Counted from the first letter of the stretch, positions 8,041 through 16,301 are shown. The stretch is 26,750 nt of DNA from a virus (IMGVR_UViG_3300022690_002279:1-26750), one strand, 5' to 3'. Notes: generated by a model from the sequence alone, not told the origin. Made by a program: numbers and translations.

Positions 8041-8220
8041 ATGGAAATAATAGTAAAAAGAGAGGACAGTTTTTGGAACAATAGTACTAAGAAATTCTCA
8101 GAAACAACGTGCAACAGTTGCAAATCCACAGATGTGGAAGACAGCACTATGCCTGAAGATGGGGAGCTTTTCCCAATAAAACACTGCCGGCCCTGCGGGA
8201 ACTGGTGGGGAGCCGATTAG
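8041..8220 (+). CDS. Small zinc-ribbon protein
   Basis: GGAGGT SD before ATG 8041; CNSC...CRPC. Confidence 0.65.
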   Translation: MEIIVKREDSFWNNSTKKFSETTCNSCKSTDVEDSTMPEDGELFPIKHCRPCGNWWGAD

Positions 8221-8221
8221 A

Positions 8222-8452
8222 ATGATAAAAAACATATTTGAAATAATAAAAAAACAAGAAGAAAAAGAGAGGGTCATCAAGTTTGATCAGTTTCTAAATA
8301 ATACTGGGAGTTGGGAGGATAGCTTTTTTGATTCAAGCACTAGAGAAAACTGCATCCTCATAAGGAGTGACTACAAATATAAATATTATTTGCTCTTTAA
8401 TGATGATACAGCCAATATTGAGGGCGTAGAACTAAAGAGGGTGAAAATATGA
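8222..8452 (+). CDS. Hypothetical protein
   Basis: ORF tightly packed in the operon; ATGA overlap with the next gene. Confidence 0.6.
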   Translation: MIKNIFEIIKKQEEKERVIKFDQFLNNTGSWEDSFFDSSTRENCILIRSDYKYKYYLLFNDDTANIEGVELKRVKI

Positions 8453-9012
8453 CCGAGACAAGAATCACTGCAGGAACTATTAGGGCATGGGCTAAAGAAG
8501 TCAAACCTTTCAAGACAGGCGACAAGGGAGTTAGGGGTTGCAGGATAGGTGACGAATGGCACAACTTCCTAGCAAGTATTGATGACTTAGAAACACTCCC
8601 AGAAACATTCCTAGTAGGGGAGGACATCACCTTTATGGAGACACAAAACAAGACAGGGTACTGGAATGCAGACATCACAACCATCAAGAAAGAAGAAGAC
8701 ACTTCTCTACCCCCACAGAGTTCGGAACCCGCAAAAGATACTGGTGCTGGTGGAGGTAGAGGTGGCCCCGGAAATTTTCCCATGGCTCAAAGCATTGGCG
8801 AAAGAAACGGGGAACGTCAAAAAGACATCAAAATCCAGTGCTGCTTCAAAGGAGCCATAGATGTAGTCAAGCTTGCGCATGAAAAGATAGAGGCCATAAC
8901 GGGCGAACTCACCTCAGAGATCCTCATAGGTGAAGTAAAGCAAGCAACCAAGCAACTCTACAAAGCCCTACAAGAAGCAAAAGAAGAACTACAGGAGGAA
9001 AACAAATGGTAA
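8449..9012 (+). CDS. Putative OB-fold ssDNA-binding/recombination protein
   Basis: GGTGA SD; ~80 aa beta N-domain, G/P-rich linker, helical C-domain (RQKDIKIQCCFKGA). Function is inferred. Confidence 0.4.
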   Translation: MTETRITAGTIRAWAKEVKPFKTGDKGVRGCRIGDEWHNFLASIDDLETLPETFLVGEDITFMETQNKTGYWNADITTIKKEEDTSLPPQSSEPAKDTGAGGGRGGPGNFPMAQSIGERNGERQKDIKIQCCFKGAIDVVKLAHEKIEAITGELTSEILIGEVKQATKQLYKALQEAKEELQEENKW

Positions 9013-9255
9013 ACGGAAACGACATAATCGAACATATGCAATCATGCCAGGAATGCCACAAACTAGAAGAAAAAAAATACCAGATAGATAGTGAACAATT
9101 AGACTGCTACAACAACACACAGGTTTCAAAAGCGGAAGCCCTAGGGGAATAAACAATGAAGAAAGTATTGATTAAGAATGGAAGAATTGCTGGATATGTG
9201 ACTGAAGAGTTCCTGCAGAAAAAGTTTGAACTATACAGTTAAACAGGTGATGAAA

Positions 9256-9549
9256 ATGCATGAGAAAGAAAGAGAAGATTTGATTGCTCGTATGAAATAT
9301 AACTCTAGCGACTTCGGAGATATGGGAAGGTATATCAAGTTAGAATATGTTATTAATTTTCTTAATGATAGTACTGCAAGATTTTTGAACATGGCCAAAA
9401 CAGGGGTGAAGAGTATGAAATGCGAGTATTGCGGTGTGGAAGTTTGGGAACGTTATATAGATGGTGTCAAAGTTAGAGTGGTGAAAAATAAGACTGCTAT
9501 AAAAATCTGGATTAACCATAATTGTAATGATGTACAAAGATCACACTAG
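9256..9549 (+). CDS. Hypothetical protein with C-terminal CxxC...HxC module
   Basis: AGGTGA SD; second in-frame GGTGA+ATG at 9415 (MKCEYC...). Confidence 0.55.
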   Translation: MHEKEREDLIARMKYNSSDFGDMGRYIKLEYVINFLNDSTARFLNMAKTGVKSMKCEYCGVEVWERYIDGVKVRVVKNKTAIKIWINHNCNDVQRSH

Positions 9550-9671
9550 ATATGGATTGAGAACAAGGGGGTGCGTCTATGTTGGAAGAACGAAGGAAAT
9601 GCGTTAAATGTAAAGACTATATGCCAATGATCATGCATTGCGGTGAGAAAACCTTACCAGAGGCGTACTAG

Positions 9672-9998
9672 ATGACATGGAAGTTTGTTGGCTTTTTTAT
9701 TTTTATCATGGTTGTCATCTGCATGCTTATCATAATTATTAGTGTAGCAAGCGATATTAAAGAACTTGACAAGCAACAATTAGAAGAGATAAGAGATCTG
9801 GAAGAGTCACCAACCATGATAGAATTAGTTGTTAAAACAGGAGAGATAGAAAGAATTACCAATTCTCTAAACCAAAAAGTGAACACCCTTATCTTATCTA
9901 GAAAGGAAAGCTTGGAGAGTTGTAGAGAAAGAGTGTTGGAAGCTGAAAAGAGGGGGATCTTATTTAAATTAGAAATGAATACTACTCTTAATAATTGA
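9672..9998 (+). CDS. Membrane-anchored coiled-coil protein
   Basis: N-terminal TM helix followed by heptads. Confidence 0.6.
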   Translation: MTWKFVGFFIFIMVVICMLIIIISVASDIKELDKQQLEEIRDLEESPTMIELVVKTGEIERITNSLNQKVNTLILSRKESLESCRERVLEAEKRGILFKLEMNTTLNN

Positions 9999-10080
9999 GA
10001 CAACGTTGCAAATAGATGTCCTACTCCGTGAGGGTGGGAGGGTGCTCAACGCCTTCAATCATCTATGCAAGAACCTTGTC
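9999..10080 (+). promoter_or_regulatory. Structured RNA element upstream of the cold-shock gene
   Basis: Closing helices GACAA/TTGTC and TTGC-ATAGATG/CATCTAT-GCAA enclose two hairpins, one with a GTGA (GNRA) loop. Confidence 0.55.
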
Positions 10081-10106
10081 CAAAAAAAACTGAGGTGTTA
10101 TAGAAA

Positions 10107-10298
10107 ATGGAAGGAACAGTAAAATTTTTTAACGAGATCAAAGGCTTCGGATTCATCTCCGGAAGCGACGAACAAGACTATTTCGTGCACAAAAGCAATC
10201 TCTTACCTGGCGTAAGGCTTACCGATGGCGCAGAAGTCATATTCGACCCTGTGGAAGGGGATAGGGGGATGAAGGCTACGAACGTGAGCCTCGTCTAA
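10107..10298 (+). CDS. csp: Cold-shock domain protein (CspA family)
   Basis: GTVKFFN, RNP1 KGFGFI, RNP2 YFVH, KATNV; GAGGTG SD. Confidence 0.95.
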   Translation: MEGTVKFFNEIKGFGFISGSDEQDYFVHKSNLLPGVRLTDGAEVIFDPVEGDRGMKATNVSLV

Positions 10299-10306
10299 AA
10301 AAAAAT

Positions 10307-10483
10307 ATGGTGGTCATGCTCAAGCTAAAAGGGTATAAGATCCAGAATCGTTGTCAGCGCACCAGTTGTGGCAAAACATTTAGTTACCATGGAAAATCTG
10401 GCAGTCTCAAACATTATTGCCCTAGCTGCGAAAAAGATCTCTACACTGCAAGTAGGCTAAAGACGATGAGGACGCAACCGTGA
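10307..10483 (+). CDS. Small zinc-finger protein
   Basis: CQRTSCGKTF...YCPSC; GTGA overlap with the next ORF. Confidence 0.6.
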   Translation: MVVMLKLKGYKIQNRCQRTSCGKTFSYHGKSGSLKHYCPSCEKDLYTASRLKTMRTQP

Positions 10484-10695
10484 GGGTTTTCATGAAAGAC
10501 AAAGACGGCGTAATCATGCCTAGAACTATCAGTCCTAAAAACTTTGATGGTAGAAGAATGAAACTAAAAAGGAATGATTGGTGGATTAGACGATTACCTG
10601 TTTGCAAGAGTTGCGGAAAGGGAAGATACAGCCACACCAAGCTCACAGGAAGACTCTGTTGCAAGAAATGTAACTACATGCCTGCTGGGGAGTAA
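10480..10695 (+). CDS. Small basic zinc-ribbon protein
   Basis: CKSC...CKKC. Confidence 0.6.
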   Translation: MRVFMKDKDGVIMPRTISPKNFDGRRMKLKRNDWWIRRLPVCKSCGKGRYSHTKLTGRLCCKKCNYMPAGE

Positions 10696-10745
10696 ATACG
10701 AAAGTTTAATATAAATTGGCTCATTACTTTGTATAAACTTCCGCC

Positions 10746-10934
10746 ATGACCAAATACAGGAAAAAAAGAAATCCCAGGATAAGACGATGCAAAATACTCC
10801 TATCCATAGCGTGCAAACCCCTCTTCCACACCGAGAAAAAAAGGCCTCATAGCTGCGAAGAATGCAAAAAAGAACTAAGCAATAAAGGACTCAATATAGA
10901 GAATTATCTAAAAAAACGGGAGGAATACAAATGA
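10746..10934 (+). CDS. Small basic Cys-containing protein
   Basis: CKILLSIAC...CEEC; TATA-like AAAGTTTAATATAAAT at 10701-10716. Confidence 0.55.
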   Translation: MTKYRKKRNPRIRRCKILLSIACKPLFHTEKKRPHSCEECKKELSNKGLNIENYLKKREEYK

Positions 10935-11350
10935 AAAAAGAAGATTTACCTAAAGAAAAAATTGAATGGATTAGTAAAGACAAAGCAAGAATGACCATCG
11001 AGAAAGAGATCTCTATAGATGATGGAACAACCAAAGGAGTAAAGAAAGAACACACGGTTGTCGAAACCATGGCGGAAGAAATAATTCAAGGCTTGGAATT
11101 GATGAAAACCAGACTGGAAAAAAACACGGAAAAAAAGGGATCATTGGAAAAACAGAGAGAAAGCAAGGGTAAGAAACCTCTTAGGACGCCAGAAATGGTC
11201 AAGCTTGAGAAAAACTTCCAAGCATTACAGAAGATTGCGGAAATAGGAAAGATCGAACAACAACTCAAAAGCCTAGAAACCCAGATCGAGTGGGACACAG
11301 AGCTTATCAAAAGAAGACAAGAACTGTTAGATCAAAGACCCAAAGAGTAA
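10931..11350 (+). CDS. Coiled-coil hypothetical protein
   Basis: GGAGG SD; K/E-rich heptads. Confidence 0.65.
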   Translation: MKKEDLPKEKIEWISKDKARMTIEKEISIDDGTTKGVKKEHTVVETMAEEIIQGLELMKTRLEKNTEKKGSLEKQRESKGKKPLRTPEMVKLEKNFQALQKIAEIGKIEQQLKSLETQIEWDTELIKRRQELLDQRPKE

Positions 11351-11368
11351 TCGCTATAAAGAGGTGAA

Positions 11369-11614
11369 ATGATGCAAAAGGAACCAGACCCCTACCCTGA
11401 ACTTAGCGAACTCGAAGCAGTACTCATCAGCGAATTCGCCACCAAAGGAAGACTCCACATCGCCCTCGCAAAAAGCCTCCTCACACCAACAGGAGGAGTC
11501 CACTACAGCAACATGCCCAAATACTTAGTGCACAAAGCCAAAGCGCAAGTCTACGTAGAAATCGTAAAATACGTCAAAAGATACGCACAAAATAGAGGGA
11601 TGAAAATACCCTGA
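11369..11614 (+). CDS. Hypothetical protein
   Basis: GAGGTGA SD. Confidence 0.65.
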   Translation: MMQKEPDPYPELSELEAVLISEFATKGRLHIALAKSLLTPTGGVHYSNMPKYLVHKAKAQVYVEIVKYVKRYAQNRGMKIP

Positions 11615-11878
11615 TGGCACATACTATTTGTAAACGGCACGGAACCTTAGAATTCAAAGCGAAAAACAAACCGAGAAGTAAAGGTTGCCACGCCTGTATG
11701 AAAACCAAACCGGGCCCGAATGACAACTTACCTTGGGAGAAAAGATGTGTTATGAAATTCAGAAAAAAGAAGAAATGAAATGTGATAAATGAGGGGAGGT
11801 TTTTTACTCTATAACCAAAGAAGGGAAGAAAGCTCTTGAAGAACTATAGTGCATGTAGGCGTAGGTTGAGGTGGAAAA

Positions 11879-12085
11879 ATGAAATATAAATTTAAATGTA
11901 CTATATTATACGTTTCAGTTGGGAATCCAAAATATTTGAAAGTTTTTTTGGTTCCTTTTATAGGTTCAACATCAGTTGAGATCCAATTAAATGATAGTAA
12001 AATATTGAATTATAAATATAATAAAATCACTCTTGATGATATGAAGTTTATTTGTGAACAAATAGCAGGAGAATATTTAGAGTGA
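11879..12085 (+). CDS. Hypothetical protein (AT-rich; stop codon lies in the first repeat)
   Basis: GAGGTG SD; TGA 12083-12085 is inside the GTGAGTAC repeat. Confidence 0.6.
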   Translation: MKYKFKCTILYVSVGNPKYLKVFLVPFIGSTSVEIQLNDSKILNYKYNKITLDDMKFICEQIAGEYLE

Positions 12086-12124
12086 GTACGACTAACATTG
12101 GGTGAATGATAGGAGGAACTAATA

Positions 12125-12313
12125 ATGAGTCTTAAAGATGAAGTTATGAAAATGATTGAAGAAGCAATACTGATGAAGGATTTCATAAAAGTTACAGATC
12201 AAACAAAAGAGTTTGAATTATATCGTTCAGCAATGATAGAACATATCGAAGTTTGTATAGAACACAATATAGATAGAGAATTACAAGAGTGTATATGCGT
12301 AACAACCAAGTAA
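12125..12313 (+). CDS. Hypothetical cassette protein
   Basis: AGGAGG SD supplied by the repeat. Confidence 0.6.
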   Translation: MSLKDEVMKMIEEAILMKDFIKVTDQTKEFELYRSAMIEHIEVCIEHNIDRELQECICVTTK

Positions 12314-12333
12314 ACGAAGGATAGGAGGTAACA

Positions 12334-12507
12334 ATGGAATCAGATTTAAAATACAAGGAAGAAGAAAGTTACGGGGTGTTAACATTAGATCCAAGTACTG
12401 AAGCAGAATATTATGCTTTAAGACATTGGTTAGATCACGCAAGAAATTGTGGTTTACCAATGCACATGATTGAATTGAAAAAGCCGAGTTGGTTAAAGAA
12501 TAAGTAG
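12334..12507 (+). CDS. Hypothetical cassette protein (57 aa)
   Basis: AGGAGGT SD supplied by the repeat; MESDLKYKEE...; fills the gap between two repeats. Confidence 0.6.
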   Translation: MESDLKYKEEESYGVLTLDPSTEAEYYALRHWLDHARNCGLPMHMIELKKPSWLKNK

Positions 12508-12560
12508 CATGCGTACAACCAATATGAACGAATGATATGGGTGAAAATGATAAAGCTAAA

Positions 12561-13148
12561 ATGAAAGTATTGAATCTATATGCGGGGATAGGAGGCAACC
12601 GTAAGCTTTGGCCTAAATGGTGCGAAGTGACGGCTGTTGAAAATGATCCAGTTATTGCTCAAGTCTATCAAGACAATTTCCCAGATGACAAAGTTATAAT
12701 CGGTGATGCTCATCAATACTTGTTAGATCACTATAAAGAATTTGACTTCATCTGGAGCAGTCCACCTTGCCAAAGCCACAGCAGTTTTAGACACAACATT
12801 TGCGTAAGGTATAGGGGAACTAAGCCTGTATATCCAGATATGAAACTTTATCAAGAGATATTATTCCTTAAACACCATTTTGAGGGTAAATGGGTAGTGG
12901 AGAATGTTAAACCATATTATAAATCTTTAATTGAAGGGAAGCTTATTCAACGCCACATGTTTTGGAGTAACTTCGAAATTGAAGATGTAGTTGATTTTAG
13001 TGGTGATAAGATAAGGACAGCTCAAATACCGCAACTTCAAGAACTTCATGGTTTTGACTTATCAAAATATAAAATAAAGAACAAAAGACAAGTACTAAGA
13101 AATTGTGTGTTCCCACCGTTAGGATTATATGTGTTTGAATGTGCTTAA
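12561..13148 (+). CDS. Compact C5 DNA cytosine methyltransferase
   Basis: Motif I LYAGIGG, motif IV SPPCQ, motif VI ENV, motif X-like LRNCV; very short variable region. Confidence 0.85.
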   Translation: MKVLNLYAGIGGNRKLWPKWCEVTAVENDPVIAQVYQDNFPDDKVIIGDAHQYLLDHYKEFDFIWSSPPCQSHSSFRHNICVRYRGTKPVYPDMKLYQEILFLKHHFEGKWVVENVKPYYKSLIEGKLIQRHMFWSNFEIEDVVDFSGDKIRTAQIPQLQELHGFDLSKYKIKNKRQVLRNCVFPPLGLYVFECA

Positions 13149-13165
13149 CGTAATTTAAAACGAAG

Positions 13166-13348
13166 ATGAAACATTTTAAAGATGGAGACCAGCTTTGCGT
13201 GACTAGAGATGATTTCATCAATTTACAGGAAAGCCCAGCCATATTTTTCGATTTAGAAAGCACTACAGCTAAAACGATAATGTCAGAAGGTTTTACTATG
13301 CTACATTTAGAAGACTTAAAAGAAATTACTAAGAATTTAACTTTATGA
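13166..13348 (+). CDS. Hypothetical cassette protein (DGDQ...FINLQES)
   Basis: ORF between two repeat copies. Confidence 0.6.
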   Translation: MKHFKDGDQLCVTRDDFINLQESPAIFFDLESTTAKTIMSEGFTMLHLEDLKEITKNLTL

Positions 13349-13369
13349 ACGAATAATAGGAGGTAAAGA

Positions 13370-13477
13370 ATGATAAAGATAATATGTGAAGGGATCCCAA
13401 TAGGGTTTTTTAGTAGTAAAGAAGATGCACAAGAAGCATTAAAATATATCAAATCAGGATTCATCAAAGAAGAATGA
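13370..13477 (+). CDS. 35-aa hypothetical cassette protein
   Basis: AGGAGGT SD; MIKIICEGIPIGFFSSKEDAQEALKYIKSGFIKEE. Confidence 0.55.
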   Translation: MIKIICEGIPIGFFSSKEDAQEALKYIKSGFIKEE

Positions 13478-13521
13478 GTGTACGTGCAACGTAGTTTTAA
13501 ACGCACAATAGAGGTGAAAAA

Positions 13522-13683
13522 ATGGAAGGTAAAAAAATGGATAAAGAAAGTCTTACTGTTGTAATAGATGAAACCAAATTATGGATAATGCGTAATTACA
13601 TTAGTACTAATAAAGTTCCGACAAAAAAAGATTTATTGTTCATTTATGAATTGTTAAATCGCTGTAAGAATGAAATAGTGTGA
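13522..13683 (+). CDS. 53-aa hypothetical cassette protein
   Basis: GAGGTGA SD; stop TGA lies within the next repeat. Confidence 0.55.
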   Translation: MEGKKMDKESLTVVIDETKLWIMRNYISTNKVPTKKDLLFIYELLNRCKNEIV

Positions 13684-13721
13684 GTACAACCAATATGAAC
13701 GAATGATAGAGGTAAATAAAA

Positions 13722-14027
13722 ATGGAAAAGAAAATTGAAGAATCTGGAAAACCAGTTGAAAAAATAGATTGTGAAGTGCATGGAAGATGTTCAAGTATGG
13801 AGTTTAGTGTAGATGAAGAAGTGATAGGGAGATATTGTTTTCGTTGTTATAATGATTTCCTATCTAAAAATTTAAAGAACCATGTTGGAGGTAAAGATGA
13901 GGAAATATTAAAAATAAAAGAGATACTTGATGATTTTGAGAAGGAAGTTTATAGAGTTGATAAACAACCTATAACAAAAAAGACTTGTATAGATTATATC
14001 ACTTTGTTAAGAGAGTTAGAATTATGA
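13722..14027 (+). CDS. Hypothetical cassette protein with CxxH...CxxC
   Basis: CEVH...CFRC; GAGGT SD supplied by the repeat. Confidence 0.6.
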   Translation: MEKKIEESGKPVEKIDCEVHGRCSSMEFSVDEEVIGRYCFRCYNDFLSKNLKNHVGGKDEEILKIKEILDDFEKEVYRVDKQPITKKTCIDYITLLRELEL

Positions 14028-14067
14028 CGTGAGTACAACCAATAATTAACGAACAATAGGAAGTAAA

Positions 14068-14277
14068 ATGATAAATCCAGAAAGGCCAGAAAAAGAAAAA
14101 CTGTACAGGTTCAGCGAACTACTAGACCGAGGCATAACGTACAACACCAGAGTAGAATACTTCATCTTCCAACGAGGAAATGAGAGGTTCCTTATGGAGA
14201 AGAAGATGGAGGGGATGTATGAGATGCTTGAGACTATTATTGTGGATGAGAATGATCAACAAAGCATAATATTATAG
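14068..14277 (+). CDS. Hypothetical protein
   Basis: Follows the last repeat copy; resembles 16298..16573. Confidence 0.6.
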   Translation: MINPERPEKEKLYRFSELLDRGITYNTRVEYFIFQRGNERFLMEKKMEGMYEMLETIIVDENDQQSIIL

Positions 14278-14286
14278 ATTTATATA

Positions 14287-14300
14287 ACAACATTTATATA
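14287..14300 (+). promoter_or_regulatory. Archaeal promoter (TTTATATA) for a leaderless transcript
   Basis: TTTATATA at 14293-14300, 29 nt before ATG 14322. Confidence 0.7.
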
Positions 14301-14321
14301 GTATTATAGTTTACTTGATTT

Positions 14322-14441
14322 ATGGTAAAAACGATAGCGATAAGCGACAAACACTGGAAAAAACTCAAACTAGCAGCAATACAAAAAGAACAAACTATCA
14401 AAAAAATAATAGAGGAATATGCGGAGGTTATAGAAAAATAA
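14322..14441 (+). CDS. Ribbon-helix-helix-like DNA-binding protein (39 aa)
   Basis: MVKTIAISDKHWKKLKLAAIQKEQTIKKIIEEYAEVIEK: alternating beta strand plus two helices; not in the ORF track. Confidence 0.7.
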   Translation: MVKTIAISDKHWKKLKLAAIQKEQTIKKIIEEYAEVIEK

Positions 14442-14446
14442 TTACC

Positions 14447-14782
14447 ATGAGAATCATAGACCAAGCCAAAACGTACATCACAGAATACGCAGTCTACTAC
14501 ACTGATCGCATCGCGGAAAAGAACAAAGAATACAAAGCACTCACCACCGCAAACCCAGGCTTTCCCCACGGCATATCGGTAGATGACTGCAAGAGGGCAG
14601 TAGAACTAGACCGAGAAATAACAGGGCTCGAAGGCAGGAGGATAGGAGCAAGTCACTTTCTCGAATTCATAATCAACGCAGATGAAGCCATGATCGAAAG
14701 AGGCAGACAAGACATGCACATCCCTGCTCCTTATGCAGATCCTTTCCAACCAGGAGACGGCGGTGGGGGGAATGCAGCTTGA
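14447..14782 (+). CDS. Hypothetical protein
   Basis: ATG 14447 just after the RHH gene stop; its stop overlaps the next TTG start. Confidence 0.6.
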   Translation: MRIIDQAKTYITEYAVYYTDRIAEKNKEYKALTTANPGFPHGISVDDCKRAVELDREITGLEGRRIGASHFLEFIINADEAMIERGRQDMHIPAPYADPFQPGDGGGGNAA

Positions 14783-15438
14783 AATGGGTGCACGGTCTAG
14801 CCTTAGCCGCTTTCCTTACGGCATGCGCTTCTCCACAATCCAAACCTACAGGGGTGAGCAGGATGGATGTATCGTTTAAAGTAAGCAAGTTTGATGACGA
14901 AGCACTTCTAGAAGTACTAACAGAACTCAACAAGGTACCTAGGTGGTATCGGAAAGTCGTTGATGATTACGAAGGCAAAATGGTCTTGGCCGAAGGTAGC
15001 CTAGTAGATTACGTGGAGTTTGCCGATAACGCTGGCGTATTCCACCCTACCGCAGGCCTGTGGGATAACATCCCTGGGGCTTACGACAAGACTACCAAGC
15101 AGGCGTTCATCATCGTAGGACGACAAGGAGGTAGTGGAAGTTTACCGCTTCACGAATACGGCCACCTACTAGATGATGCTCTTGGCACTCCTAGCAGAGA
15201 TATGGATTTCAGGGCTATCTTTTCGGTATGTAGAATAAGGGAGCGTTACGGCCGTCCAGTCATGAGGGACCATGCCAGACTGGACATGGATGCGGAAGAG
15301 TTCTGGGCTGATAGCTTTACGGATTACCACAGAGGTGTGGAAAGCCGGGCGGAGTTACTGGATTATTTTCCTGAAAGCTTCCACTACTTTAGCAGGTTAG
15401 AGAAGCAGGTGCGGAGCAGTGAAGGTGTGGGAAGATGA
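14779..15438 (+). CDS. Lipoprotein zincin metallopeptidase (ATLF/lethal-factor-like)
   Basis: Signal peptide with lipobox LTAC; HEYGH plus downstream EEFWADSF. Confidence 0.75.
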   Translation: MKWVHGLALAAFLTACASPQSKPTGVSRMDVSFKVSKFDDEALLEVLTELNKVPRWYRKVVDDYEGKMVLAEGSLVDYVEFADNAGVFHPTAGLWDNIPGAYDKTTKQAFIIVGRQGGSGSLPLHEYGHLLDDALGTPSRDMDFRAIFSVCRIRERYGRPVMRDHARLDMDAEEFWADSFTDYHRGVESRAELLDYFPESFHYFSRLEKQVRSSEGVGR

Positions 15439-15611
15439 GACTGAAAATATGTTGTAAAGAATTAGAAGAAAACATTTGTGCTTTCAAATTCCGCTATAGT
15501 ATTACTCAAGGAGAAACAGATGATATAGAAATCTCGACTTATGAAGATCATTACTATCGTTTAGAATATGTAAAATTTTGCCCTTTTTGTGGGAAAAAAC
15601 TTGAGGTTTAA
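15435..15611 (+). CDS. Small zinc-ribbon protein
   Basis: CC...KFCPFCGKKL; AGGTG SD and ATGA overlap. Confidence 0.65.
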   Translation: MRLKICCKELEENICAFKFRYSITQGETDDIEISTYEDHYYRLEYVKFCPFCGKKLEV

Positions 15612-15615
15612 GAAG

Positions 15616-16113
15616 ATGAGAGAGATAAAATTCAGAGCATGGGATAAACGTAAAAAGAAACTAATCTATTTTGATGAATTAGAAATAGCAGATACGGGAG
15701 GTTTCTGGAAGGGGGATCGTGAAATATGGAAAGTTTCAATGACTGCGGGTATTGGAAAATGTAAAGGTTCAGGTTATTGGCATAGTGATTTAGCTGAAGA
15801 AGTCAAAAGAGAAGATATATGCTTAATGCAGTTTACTGGTCTCCAAGATAAGAACGGGCGAGACATCTACAAAGGAGACATTGTTAAAGTAGAATCTTGG
15901 GATATGGTTGGTAAAAATCCATTTGCCGAAATCATTTGGGAACCTGATTATAAAGTTGAACATGATCTTTACGGGCATTATTCTATGTGTAGTACCCATT
16001 TAATTAGGGGGAGAAATGTTTCTGTAATGTTAAGAGAAGCTTTGGACATTTTAAACATAGAAGTTATTGGCAATATTTACGAAAACTCAGAACTACTAGA
16101 GGAAAAGAAATGA
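15616..16113 (+). CDS. yopX: YopX family protein
   Basis: MREIKFRAWDK, LMQFTGLQDKNGRDIYKGDIV, EVIGNIYEN. Confidence 0.92.
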   Translation: MREIKFRAWDKRKKKLIYFDELEIADTGGFWKGDREIWKVSMTAGIGKCKGSGYWHSDLAEEVKREDICLMQFTGLQDKNGRDIYKGDIVKVESWDMVGKNPFAEIIWEPDYKVEHDLYGHYSMCSTHLIRGRNVSVMLREALDILNIEVIGNIYENSELLEEKK

Positions 16114-16301
16114 AACTGAAAACAATGAAACCAATAATAATAAGTCCATCACAAATCTTTGGAGTATTATTATGGCTGAGATTAGCACAATTACACAACT
16201 ATGATGGTTTTACTGGATGGCATCTTCATGATTATTTCTATTTATTGATGTCGTTGCTATTTATCGTATTGCCTTATTTTTGGTGGGGCAAAAACAAATG
16301 A
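16110..16301 (+). CDS. Small two-TM membrane protein
   Basis: Two hydrophobic stretches; ATGA overlaps at both ends. Confidence 0.6.
   Translation: MKLKTMKPIIISPSQIFGVLLWLRLAQLHNYDGFTGWHLHDYFYLLMSLLFIVLPYFWWGKNK

Larger units (their letters stand above)
12082..14067 (+). repeat. Dispersed ~35 bp intergenic repeat, 8 copies (some degenerate); consensus approximately GTGAGTACAACCAATATGAACGAATGATAGGAGGT
   Basis: Copies start near 12082, 12295, 12509, 13139, 13344 (half), 13482, 13680 and 14029; 25 nt are identical from 12513 and 13684. Confidence 0.9.

Noticed and set aside
12082-14067. CRISPR array or classical integron interpretation of the repeats
   Set aside because: Intervals are 130-630 bp and contain whole ORFs; copies are degenerate; no cas or intI gene, no GTTRRRY core and no attC hairpin.
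14315-14446. N-terminal extension of ORF 14315..14782
   Set aside because: Overlaps the better-supported leaderless RHH gene in another frame; the real start is probably 14447.
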